A stretch of DNA of 64,000 bases. It comes from Trueperaceae bacterium. Lineage in GTDB: Bacteria > Deinococcota > Deinococci > Deinococcales > Trueperaceae. This document shows, one piece after another, positions 51,992-64,000 of the stretch. The stretch is from NCBI GenBank assembly GCA_034520945.1, contig JAXHNB010000005.1, positions 384,001 to 448,000 on the forward strand, written 5' to 3'. Numbering within the stretch: the first letter of the stretch is position 1; every line of letters starts with the position of its first letter. The notes beneath the pieces were generated by a model. The model had not been told where the DNA came from, did no database searches, and saw only the letters and a program-made list of their open reading frames with translations. The position numbers and the translations under genes are program-made.

Positions 51992-53170
51992 CTAGGTGGC
52001 GAGGCCGCGAAGGCGGTCGATGGCGGCGTGCAAATCCGCGTCCGGTTTGCAGAACGCCAGGCGAACCCAGGACGCCGCCAGGTGCCGATGCGCCTCGCAG
52101 TAGAAGGCACTGGGCGGGATGGCGCCGACGCCGGCGCGGGGGGGCAGGTCGCGACAGAGTTCGACGTCGTCGGGGTAGCCCAACGCCGACGCGTCCGCCA
52201 TCACGAAGTAGCCCCCCTCGGGCATGACGGCGCGTAGCGGGGTCTGGTTCAGGCCGTCGACCAGCGTGCGGGCGCTGGCGTGAAACCCCCGCGGGAGCGC
52301 GCGCCAGTACGCGTCGTCCCGGTCACGAGCATGGCGGAGCGAGGCGGCGGCGGCGCGCTGCAGCGGCGTGGCGACGGCGAAGGGGATCCACTGGTGGGCC
52401 ATGCGGAGCGCATGAACCAGCGGCTCGGGCCCGACCGCCCAGCCGATCTTCCACCCCGTCGCCGAGAAGCTCTTGCCGAAGCTGGAGATGCTCAGCGTGC
52501 GTTCCCAGGCGCCCGGCCGGGTCGCCAGCCGCAGCGTGTCCTCGAACGCCAGGTGCTCGTACACCTCGTCGCTGAGCAGCAGCGCGTCCACGCGGGCCGC
52601 TTCGGCCACGACGGCGTCCAGCTCGGCCGCGCGGAACACGGTGCCGGTCGGGTTGTGCGGGGTGTTCACCACGATCATGCGGGTCCGCGGCCCCACGGCG
52701 GCGTGGAGCTCGCTGGGGTCGAAGGTCCAGCGGCCGTCCGGCCCGGGATGCAGCGGAACGTACACCGGGACGCCGCCGGCCATGGTCACGTCCGCTGGGT
52801 AGGCGTCGTAGAACGGCTCGAACAACACCACCTCGTCGCCGGGCTCCACGAACGCCTGCATGGCGGCGAACAACGCCTCGGTCGCGCCGACGGTGACCTG
52901 CACGTGGGCCAGAGGGTCCAGCTCGCGTCCCAGCCAGCGGCCGTGATCGAACGCGACCTCGCGCCGCAGCTTCGGGTCGCCGGGCAGGGGGGCGTACTGC
53001 TGCGGACCGTCCGCGGCGTCGCGGAGCGCCTCCCGCACGAACTCGGGCGGGCCGCCCGACGGGAAGCCCTGGCCCAGGTCGATCGCGCCGTGCTCATTGG
53101 CGTAGCGGCTGTAGACGGCGAAGACCGTCTCATCGAAATCCGCCACGCGCCGGGCCGGCCGCGGGCTCAC
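51992..53170 (-). CDS. class I/II PLP aminotransferase (YbdL / kynurenine-glutamine transaminase-like)
   Basis: IDLGQGFP, QYAP, GATEAL, EPFYDAY, NTPHNPTG, SDEVYEH, SFGKSFSATGWKIG, RLAFCK. Confidence 0.9.
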   Translation of the reverse strand: MSPRPARRVADFDETVFAVYSRYANEHGAIDLGQGFPSGGPPEFVREALRDAADGPQQYAPLPGDPKLRREVAFDHGRWLGRELDPLAHVQVTVGATEALFAAMQAFVEPGDEVVLFEPFYDAYPADVTMAGGVPVYVPLHPGPDGRWTFDPSELHAAVGPRTRMIVVNTPHNPTGTVFRAAELDAVVAEAARVDALLLSDEVYEHLAFEDTLRLATRPGAWERTLSISSFGKSFSATGWKIGWAVGPEPLVHALRMAHQWIPFAVATPLQRAAAASLRHARDRDDAYWRALPRGFHASARTLVDGLNQTPLRAVMPEGGYFVMADASALGYPDDVELCRDLPPRAGVGAIPPSAFYCEAHRHLAASWVRLAFCKPDADLHAAIDRLRGLAT

Positions 53171-54270
53171 CCGCGCGCCCCGTCTGGGTCCGCCTGTGCC
53201 GTGCGCCGGGCCGGGAGCGCCGCGATGACCGCCTCGGTGAAGGCGTCGGTCCCGCGCGTGCCGCCCAGGTCCACGGTGGCGTCGTCGCTCAATGCGGTGC
53301 GCACCGCCTCGTGCACGTCGCGGGCCGCTTCGGACAGGTCCAGCCCGTGTTCCAGCATCATCGCGACGCTGAGGATGGTGCCGACCGGGTTGGCGATGCC
53401 CTTGCCGGCAATGTCGGGGGCGCTGCCGTGGACCGGCTCGAACAGGCCGGTCGCCCCGCCGAGGCTGGCGGAGGGCAGCACGCCCAACGAGCCGGGGATG
53501 ACGGCGGCGAGGTCGGAGAGGATGTCGCCGAACAGATTGCCGGTCACGATGGTGTCGAACTGGCGGGGGTCGCGCGCGATCTGCATGGCCGCGTTGTCCA
53601 CGTAGACGTGCTCGATCGTGACGTCGGGGTACGCGCTCTGGCCGACGCCGACCAGCACGTCCCGCCAGAACTGCGACACGTCCAGCACGTTGGCCTTGTC
53701 GACGTTCGTCAACGTCCCGCCGCGCCTGCGGGCGGTCTCGAACCCGACCCGCGCGATCCGTTCGACCTCGTCGCGCCCATACGCCATGGTGGACACGCCG
53801 CGGTCTTCGGTCGCCTCCGAGGGGCGGCCGAAGTAGATGCCGCCGGTCAGTTCGCGGATGATGAGCAGGTCGGTGCCGCGGGCCACCTCGGGCTTGAGCG
53901 GACTGAGCCGTTCGAGCCCCTCGAAGACCTGGATGGGCCGAAGGTTGGCGTACACGCCCAGGTGGCGCCGGAGGCCCAGGATGCCGCTCTCGACGCGCTG
54001 GGCGCGGGGGAGCCGGTTCCAGGGGTGGTCCTGGGGCCCGCCCGCCGAGCCCATCAGCACCGCGTCGGCGGCGCTGGCGCCCTCGCGCGTCTGGGGCGGG
54101 AGCGGTTCGCCGTGCGCCTCGATCGCCGCGCCGCCGAAGGGGTACCGCGGCGTGTCGAACCTCAGGCCGTGGCGGTCCGCCACCGCGTCCAGAACCCGCA
54201 GCGAGGCATCGATCACTTCGGGGCCGATGAAGTCGCCCGGCAGGACGGCGACGACGTAGCTGCGGCTCAC
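53167..54270 (-). CDS. leuB: 3-isopropylmalate dehydrogenase
   Basis: LPGD.IGPEV, ANLRP, RELTGGIYFG, VDKANVL, NLFGDILSD, GSLGVLPSAS, EPVHGSAPDIAGKGIANP. Confidence 0.96.
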   Translation of the reverse strand: MSRSYVVAVLPGDFIGPEVIDASLRVLDAVADRHGLRFDTPRYPFGGAAIEAHGEPLPPQTREGASAADAVLMGSAGGPQDHPWNRLPRAQRVESGILGLRRHLGVYANLRPIQVFEGLERLSPLKPEVARGTDLLIIRELTGGIYFGRPSEATEDRGVSTMAYGRDEVERIARVGFETARRRGGTLTNVDKANVLDVSQFWRDVLVGVGQSAYPDVTIEHVYVDNAAMQIARDPRQFDTIVTGNLFGDILSDLAAVIPGSLGVLPSASLGGATGLFEPVHGSAPDIAGKGIANPVGTILSVAMMLEHGLDLSEAARDVHEAVRTALSDDATVDLGGTRGTDAFTEAVIAALPARRTAQADPDGARG

Positions 54271-54877
54271 GCTGCCTCCGTCCCGCCGTAGCCGAGGCGG
54301 GCGGCCAGCGCGGCGGCGTCGTCCCGGGCCGTCAGAAGCTCGCTCAGGGGGTCCCAGCGGCCCTCCAGCAGGGCGCTGCGAGCCCCGTCCGGCAGGTGGG
54401 CGGGGAACAGCTGGTCGCCGGCGCGGACCTCGCGCCCGGCGACGTCGACGGTGACCTCGGTGTCCGGGGCGCGCCGAAGCAGCGCCTGCAGCGTGCCGAG
54501 GTCGTCGGGAGACAGGGTCACGCAGGGCATGCCGAGCGTAAGGGCGTTGCCGAAGAAGATCTCGGCGAAGCTGCTGGCGATCACCGCGCGGAAGCCGGCC
54601 TTGTGGATGGATTGCGGTGCGTGCTCGCGGCTGCTGCCGCAGCCGAAGTTGTCGCCGCTCACCAAAACCTTGGCGTGCTCGGCGCCGGGCGCGTTGAGCG
54701 GATGGTCCTTGGGGGTGCCGTCCTCCTCGTAGCGTTCGTCGTGGAACAACTGCGGCCCCAGGGCGTCGAAGGTGACGCACTTCAAGAAGCGCGCCGGGAT
54801 GATCCGGTCGGTGTCGATGTCGTCGCCGGGCACCACCACCGCCGTGCCACGAATCTCGGAGATGTTCTCGAGCTCGG

Positions 54878-54881
<4 letters not shown>
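54267..54881 (-). CDS. leuD: 3-isopropylmalate dehydratase small subunit
   Basis: [35 protein letters not shown]. Confidence 0.96.
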
Positions 54882-56314
<1,433 letters not shown>

Positions 56315-56416
56315 CGTCTCTCCCTGAACTCGCGAGGGGGGTGCGTGGGGGGTGGTGCGTGGGTTCGGGCCGTGCGGTGTCGTGGGCGAGCGGCCGGGTG
56401 GGATCGGCGGCCAACG

Positions 56417-56448
56417 AAAAACGCCCACGACCGGCGGGGGTCGGGGCG
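56417..56448 (-). terminator. intrinsic (attenuator) terminator in leuC leader
   Basis: Minus strand CGCCCCGACC-cccgcc-GGTCGTGGGCG followed by TTTTT. Confidence 0.75.
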
Positions 56449-56474
56449 GGGCGGGCACGCACGCGATCAGGTCG

Positions 56475-56576
56475 TCACGACGAGTGGCCGGCCCCCCTCG
56501 CGAACGCTAGCAGGTGGGTGTGCGTGTGGCGGATCACGCGGAGGCGCGGGCGGGCGTGCCGGGAACCGAACGACAT
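56475..56576 (-). CDS. putative leu operon leader peptide (33 aa: [33 protein letters not shown])
   Basis: ATG 8 nt after consensus promoter; tandem Leu codons CTG-CTA at 56513-56508; terminator follows. Confidence 0.7.
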   Translation of the reverse strand: MSFGSRHARPRLRVIRHTHTHLLAFARGAGHSS

Positions 56577-56584
56577 CGTCCGCG

Positions 56585-56613
56585 AGTATACGGCCGGCCC
56601 TCCGGGGTGTCAA
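56585..56613 (-). promoter_or_regulatory. near-consensus sigma70 promoter of leu operon
   Basis: TTGACA-17 nt-TATACT on minus strand. Confidence 0.85.
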
Positions 56614-56808
56614 CGCATTCGTCACCCACGCGCGCACGGCATCGGGCGCGACCTGCGCCCCCACCCCCCTCGGCAGTGCTACGCTCGTACAGGCGTTTCA
56701 GCTTCGACCCTGTGTTGCCCCCGCCGACCCGCGGCGACGCATCACGGATCTCATCGCACCGGGCCACCGCAGGGCGTGCTGTCACGTGAGCCTAGAAGGA
56801 GGTCACGC

Positions 56809-57807
56809 ATGATCGTACGCACATCGTTGCCCAATCTTCGCGTCTGGTTCGGGGGGGCGCTGGCCCTCGCCTTCCTGCTGCTGGCGTCCTCCGCCTTCGC
56901 GCAGGACGAATGCAGCAACCGGGGGGCCTTGGCCGACCGCTACTGCGACGCGGACGGCGACCTGACCGCCGATCGTCCCGAAGACGAGAGCGAATGGGTG
57001 AACCCCGACACCATCGTGTTCGCGTACACGCCCGTCGAGGACCCCGCCATCTACCAGGACATCTGGCAGCCGTTCATCGACCACCTCGAAGAGGTCACCG
57101 GCCGCAACGTGCGGTTCTTCGCGGTGCAATCCAACTCGGCGCAGGTCGAGGCGATGCGCAGCGGCCGCCTGCACGTCGCCGGCTTCTCGACCGGGCCGAC
57201 CCCGTTCGCGGTGAACCTGGCGGGGTACGTGCCCTTCGCGCTGATGGGCAGCGAGGACGGCCGCTTCGGCTACACCCTGCAGCTCTACACCCGGAAGGAC
57301 AGCGGCATCGACTCGATCGAGGAGATCGCGGGCAAGCGCGTCGCGCACACCTCGCCGACCTCCAACTCGGGCAACCAGGCGCCGCGCGCCCTGTTCCCCG
57401 CCGAAGGGGTCGTGCCGGGCGAGGACTACGAGGTGGTGTTCTCCGGAAGCCACGACCAGTCCATGCTCGGCGTGGTCGCGGGCGACTACGACGCCGCGCC
57501 GGTGGCCTCCGAGGTGGTCGACCGCATGGCCGACCGCGGCCTGTACGATCCCGACGAGGTCAAGATCCTCTTTGAATCGCGCGCGTTCCCGACCACCTCG
57601 TACGGCTACGCGCACAACCTCCATCCCGACCTCGTGGCCAGCATCGAGGAGGCGTTCTTCAGCTTCGAGTTCGCCGGCACCGAGCTCGGCGAGGAGTTCG
57701 AGGGCGTGGACAAGTTCATTCCCATCACCTACCAGGAGGACTGGGAGGTCATCCGGCAGATCCAGGAGTTCAACGACGTGGAGTACACGCAAGAGGGCCT
57801 GCAGTAA
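56809..57807 (+). CDS. phnD: phosphate/phosphite/phosphonate ABC transporter substrate-binding protein
   Basis: Signal peptide ending AFA, FAYTPVED, AQVEAMRSG, SPTSNSGN, FSGSHDQS; SD AGAAGGAGG. Confidence 0.85.
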   Translation: MIVRTSLPNLRVWFGGALALAFLLLASSAFAQDECSNRGALADRYCDADGDLTADRPEDESEWVNPDTIVFAYTPVEDPAIYQDIWQPFIDHLEEVTGRNVRFFAVQSNSAQVEAMRSGRLHVAGFSTGPTPFAVNLAGYVPFALMGSEDGRFGYTLQLYTRKDSGIDSIEEIAGKRVAHTSPTSNSGNQAPRALFPAEGVVPGEDYEVVFSGSHDQSMLGVVAGDYDAAPVASEVVDRMADRGLYDPDEVKILFESRAFPTTSYGYAHNLHPDLVASIEEAFFSFEFAGTELGEEFEGVDKFIPITYQEDWEVIRQIQEFNDVEYTQEGLQ

Positions 57808-57883
57808 CGCTCGGCGGCGGACGGTCCCCAGCGCGGGATCGTCCGCCGCACCCCTATTTGATGACACGTAGGAACGGACGTCC

Positions 57884-58669
57884 ATGCTGATCATCCGCGA
57901 CCTGTACAAACGCTACGGATCCGGCGAACTGGTGCTGCAGGGGCTGGACCTCACGGTCGAGCAGAACGCGCTGACGGCGATCATCGGTTCGTCGGGGGCG
58001 GGGAAGAGCACGCTGCTTCGCTGCGTAAACCGGTTGGTCGAGCCCACCTCGGGCTCGATCGAACTGAACGGCCTCGAGATCACCGGCCTTCGTGGCGTCG
58101 ACCTTCGCCGCGCCCGGCGCCGCATCGGCATGGTGTTCCAGGCGTTCAACCTGCTGGACCGCCTCACGGTGATGGAGAACGTGCTGGCGGGCCGCCTGGG
58201 CTACGTGGGGTTCTGGCGCGCCTACGCGCGGCGCTACCCCCAGTCCGACGTGGACCGCGCGTATCAGCTGCTGACCCGCGTCGGGCTGGCGCAGTACGTC
58301 AACACCCGCGCCGACGCGCTCTCGGGCGGCGAGCGCCAGCGGGTCGGGGTGGTGCGCGCGCTGATGCAGAACCCCGAGATCATTCTCGCCGACGAGCCGA
58401 CCGCCTCGCTGGACCCCAAGACGGCCGAGGACATCATGCGGCTGCTTCAGGAGCTGGCCGACGAGCTGTCGCTGCCCGTCCTGATCAACATCCACAACGT
58501 GGCGCAGGCCAAGGCGTACGCCGCGCGCATCGTGGGGTTGCGCTTCGGCCGCGTGATCTTCGACGGGCGTCCCGCCGAGCTGGACGACACCGCGTTCGAG
58601 CAGATCTATGCCGGCACGCTGGACGAAGCCGAAGTGACCGGTCAGGCACCCGGCACCGCGCAGGCATGA
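57884..58669 (+). CDS. phnC: phosphonate-type ABC transporter ATPase
   Basis: GSSGAGKST, ENVL.GRLG, LSGGERQRV, LADEPTASLDP, NIH. Confidence 0.92.
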   Translation: MLIIRDLYKRYGSGELVLQGLDLTVEQNALTAIIGSSGAGKSTLLRCVNRLVEPTSGSIELNGLEITGLRGVDLRRARRRIGMVFQAFNLLDRLTVMENVLAGRLGYVGFWRAYARRYPQSDVDRAYQLLTRVGLAQYVNTRADALSGGERQRVGVVRALMQNPEIILADEPTASLDPKTAEDIMRLLQELADELSLPVLINIHNVAQAKAYAARIVGLRFGRVIFDGRPAELDDTAFEQIYAGTLDEAEVTGQAPGTAQA

Positions 58670-59469
58670 TGGCGTCCGCAGGGGCCCCCTACCGCTGGCG
58701 CCGGCCGCCGTTCATTTCCAACCCGCTGCTTCGCTACGGCCTCTACGTGGGGATCGTCGCCTACTTGGTGTGGGCCCTCAGCTCCATACCCTTCAACTTG
58801 GAACGCATCGCGGAGGGGATCCCGCGCGCCGCACAGATCTTCGGCGGCGGCATCCCGCCCGACTTCTCTCGTTGGCAACTGCTGTTCAGCGGCTTCATGG
58901 AAAGCATCCAGATCGCTCTGGTCGCTTCGGCGATCGGCGTGTTGCTCAGTATCCCCGCGGCGATCATGTCGGCGCGGAACGTGGCGCCGCTGCCGGTGTT
59001 CGCCCTGGGACGCGCCCTGGTGATCACCGCGCGCAGCTTCCATCCCGTCATCGTGGCGATCATCTTCGTCAAGGCGGTCGGGTTCGGCGCCCTTGCCGGG
59101 ATGCTGACGTTGATCGTGTACACGCTCGGGTTCGTCGGCAAGCTGCTGGCCGAAGCGATCGAAGAGATCGACTGGGGCCAGGTGGAGGCCATGCAGGCCA
59201 GCGGCGCTGGCTACTTCAAGGTCCTCGCCTACGGGGTGATGCCGCAGATCATGCCGCGCCAGATCGGCCTGACCCTGTACCAGTTGGACATCAACCTCCG
59301 CGCCTCCACGGTGGTCGGCATCGTCGGCGCGGGTGGCATCGGCGGGACGCTCATGAACGCGTTCGGGCGCTACGACTACGACTTCGCGCTGGCGATCCTG
59401 CTCGTGATCATCGCGGTGGTGTTCGCGACCGAGGCGGTCAGCGGCCGCATCCGGCGGAACATCTCGTGA
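58666..59469 (+). CDS. phnE: phosphonate-type ABC transporter permease
   Basis: PPDF, GKLLAEAIEEID.GQVEA, DINLRASTVVGIVGAGGIG. Confidence 0.92.
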   Translation: MMASAGAPYRWRRPPFISNPLLRYGLYVGIVAYLVWALSSIPFNLERIAEGIPRAAQIFGGGIPPDFSRWQLLFSGFMESIQIALVASAIGVLLSIPAAIMSARNVAPLPVFALGRALVITARSFHPVIVAIIFVKAVGFGALAGMLTLIVYTLGFVGKLLAEAIEEIDWGQVEAMQASGAGYFKVLAYGVMPQIMPRQIGLTLYQLDINLRASTVVGIVGAGGIGGTLMNAFGRYDYDFALAILLVIIAVVFATEAVSGRIRRNIS

Positions 59470-60269
59470 CCGGCGAGCAGGCGACCGCCTACCGCTGGAG
59501 GCGACGGGGGACGCGCGAGACGCTGGTGCGCTTCGCGGTGTACCTGGGCGCGGTCGCGGTGCTGGTGTGGGCCGTGCTCGATCTGGACATCTTCTGGCCG
59601 TGGGTGGTCGACGCGCCCATCCAGATGGCGGACCTGCTGGGCCGCATGGTCCCGCCCGACGTGTCGACGCTGGACCTGATCGGCGCTGCGATGCTGCAGA
59701 CCATCCACATCGCCACGCTGGCGACCCTGCTGGCGTTGATCCTCGCCATGCCGGTCGCCTACCTGGCCGCGCAGAACACCACCCCGAACTCGTTCACGCT
59801 GGCGTTGGGACGGCTGGTGGTCGTGTCCACGCGCTCGGTGAACACCATCATCTGGGCGTTGCTGTTCGTCGCCATCTTCGGGCCCGGCCCCCTGGCGGGC
59901 ATCCTGGCGGTCGCGTTCCGCTCCATCGGGTTCCTCGGCAAGCTGGTGGCCGAATCGATCGAGGAGACCGACCGGAAGCCGGTCGAAGCGATGGAGGCCA
60001 CCGGCGCCAGCAAGGCCAAGGTGATCGCCTACGCCATCGTGCCCCAGGTCATGCCGACCTTCTTCGCGGTGGCCATCCTGCGGTGGGACATCAACATCCG
60101 CGAGTCGACGGTGCTGGGACTGGTGGGGGCGGGCGGGATCGGCCTGCTGTTGCAGGGCGCGATCGACACCTTCAAATGGCAGGAGGTCGCCACCATCCTG
60201 ATCGCCATCCTGCTGGTGGTGGTGGCGGGCGAGTTCGTGTCCGGCTGGTTGCGCCGCAAGGTGATCTGA
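59466..60269 (+). CDS. phnE: phosphonate-type ABC transporter permease (second copy)
   Basis: RMVPPD, GKLVAESIEE, WDINIRESTVLGLVGAGGIG; GTGA overlap. Confidence 0.92.
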   Translation: MTGEQATAYRWRRRGTRETLVRFAVYLGAVAVLVWAVLDLDIFWPWVVDAPIQMADLLGRMVPPDVSTLDLIGAAMLQTIHIATLATLLALILAMPVAYLAAQNTTPNSFTLALGRLVVVSTRSVNTIIWALLFVAIFGPGPLAGILAVAFRSIGFLGKLVAESIEETDRKPVEAMEATGASKAKVIAYAIVPQVMPTFFAVAILRWDINIRESTVLGLVGAGGIGLLLQGAIDTFKWQEVATILIAILLVVVAGEFVSGWLRRKVI

Positions 60270-60291
60270 GCGGAGGCGCGTCCGTGTCGGA

Positions 60292-61512
60292 TCAGCGGCG
60301 GCCGCGCCCGAATCCGCCGCGGCCGTCCCTGCCGCGGCCGTCCGGCGGGTCGATGGGGGCCGGCGCGTCCATCGGTCGTGCGCCCGGCGCTTGGCGCGCC
60401 GCCTCGGCGCTGCCGGCCAAGCCGCCGCTCTCGACCAGCCGTTCGAACTCCTTGGGGTCGACCGCGCGCGAGCGCCCCATCTCGAACGAGATCTTGCGCT
60501 TCAGGTGCAGGTTGGCGAGGCATGCGTCCATCGCCAGCATGCCCACCTGCCCGCCGGTCTGGATCACCGTCATGATCTGGTGGCTCTTTCCCTCGCGCAC
60601 CAGGTTCCGCAGCGCCGGGGTGGCCAGCAGGAACTCGTAGGCCAGCACCCGGCCGTTCCCCGTCTGCGGCTTCAGCAGTTGCTGGGTGAGGATCGCCTGC
60701 AGGTTGTTGGCCAGCTGGACGCGCACCTGCTCCTGCTGCGCTTCGGGGAACACGTCGATGATGCGGTCGATCGCCTCCGAGGCGCTGTTGGTGTGCAGGG
60801 TCCCCATCACCAGGTGGCCCGTCTCGGCGGCGGTGACGGCGGCGCCGATCGTTTCATAGTCGCGCATCTCGCCCACCAGGATCACGTCCGGCGCTTGGCG
60901 CAGCACGCTGCGCAGGGCCGCATGGAAGTTCGCGGTGTCCTCGCCGATCTCGCGCTGGTTCACCACCGAGGTCTTGTGCCGGTGAAAGAACTCGATGGGG
61001 TCCTCGACGGTGACGATGTGCCGCGGGTACTCCTCGTTGATGAGGTCGACCATGGTCGCCAGGGTGGTGGACTTGCCCGAGCCGGTCGGGCCGGTGACCA
61101 GCACCAGCCCGCGCGGGAGCCGCGCCACGTCGGCGACCTCCTTGGGGAGGCCGAGCTGGTCGAAGGTGAGCACCTCCTCGCTGATGGTGCGCATCACCCC
61201 GCCGACCGAGCCGCGCTGCTGGAACACGTTCACGCGGAAGCGGCCCTGGCCGGAGAGGCTGAACGAGAAGTCGAGGTCCTTGCGCTCCTCGAAGTTGCGT
61301 TGCTTCTTCTCGTCCATGATCGAGTACATCAAGCGGCGCGTCATGTTGGGTGTCAGCGGATCGTGCTCGGTGGGGCGCCACTCGCCGTCGACCTTGAGCA
61401 TGGGCGGCAGGCCGACCGTGAGCAGGAGGTCGGACGCGCCCCGCTCGACGGCGGAGCGAAGCAGGTCGACGATGTCCACCTGGAGTTGCGTCTGACGAAT
61501 CTGGTCGGCCAT
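60292..61512 (-). CDS. pilT: type IV pilus retraction ATPase
   Basis: GASDL, RFRVNVF, VTGPTGSGKSTTLA, EDPIEF, LRQAPDVILVGEMRD, AAETGHLV, ALRNLVRE (AIRNLIRE). Confidence 0.95.
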   Translation of the reverse strand: MADQIRQTQLQVDIVDLLRSAVERGASDLLLTVGLPPMLKVDGEWRPTEHDPLTPNMTRRLMYSIMDEKKQRNFEERKDLDFSFSLSGQGRFRVNVFQQRGSVGGVMRTISEEVLTFDQLGLPKEVADVARLPRGLVLVTGPTGSGKSTTLATMVDLINEEYPRHIVTVEDPIEFFHRHKTSVVNQREIGEDTANFHAALRSVLRQAPDVILVGEMRDYETIGAAVTAAETGHLVMGTLHTNSASEAIDRIIDVFPEAQQEQVRVQLANNLQAILTQQLLKPQTGNGRVLAYEFLLATPALRNLVREGKSHQIMTVIQTGGQVGMLAMDACLANLHLKRKISFEMGRSRAVDPKEFERLVESGGLAGSAEAARQAPGARPMDAPAPIDPPDGRGRDGRGGFGRGRR

Positions 61513-61552
61513 GGGGGTCCCTTCCGGGTCGGAGGGGTGGTGCGCGCGGCGC

Positions 61553-64000
<2,448 letters not shown>

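Noticed and set aside
56700..56800. CTGTCAC as a Pho-box half-site upstream of phnD
   Set aside because: No second half-site at 11-bp spacing.

Overview
High-GC, gene-dense chromosomal window. It is most consistent with Deinococcota (Truepera/Thermus-like), an inference from the PilF-type pilus ATPase, split PntA, futalosine-pathway mqnB, short FtsY and pervasive leaderless -10 promoters. The content is mostly housekeeping: pntAA-AB-B, clpB, asnB, an M16C peptidase, rqcH, fba, mqnB, ftsY, gltX, uppP, rplM-rpsI, nrdR, accDA, rpe, gabT, three tRNAs, upp-wecA-wecB, folate genes, ackA-glk, ubiX-ispD-ispE, the leu/ilv operon, a phn-type ABC transporter and pilB-pilT. I found no CRISPR array, transposase, integrase or prophage. 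The observations most worth following up are: (1) an unannotated 33-aa leader peptide with CTG-CTA Leu codons plus a terminator upstream of leuC, i.e. a probable attenuator; (2) a GNAT + PLP-racemase two-gene cassette divergent from an ATPase-less amino-acid ABC pair; (3) a +1 frameshift inside rqcH; (4) a FolP-FolB fusion followed by a folK whose conserved N-terminus has no canonical start; (5) apparent pseudo-enzymes (an E3-binding/E2-like protein and an SDR); (6) a HAIR-like operator in the clpB promoter. All calls come from motif recognition by eye; no database searches were run.
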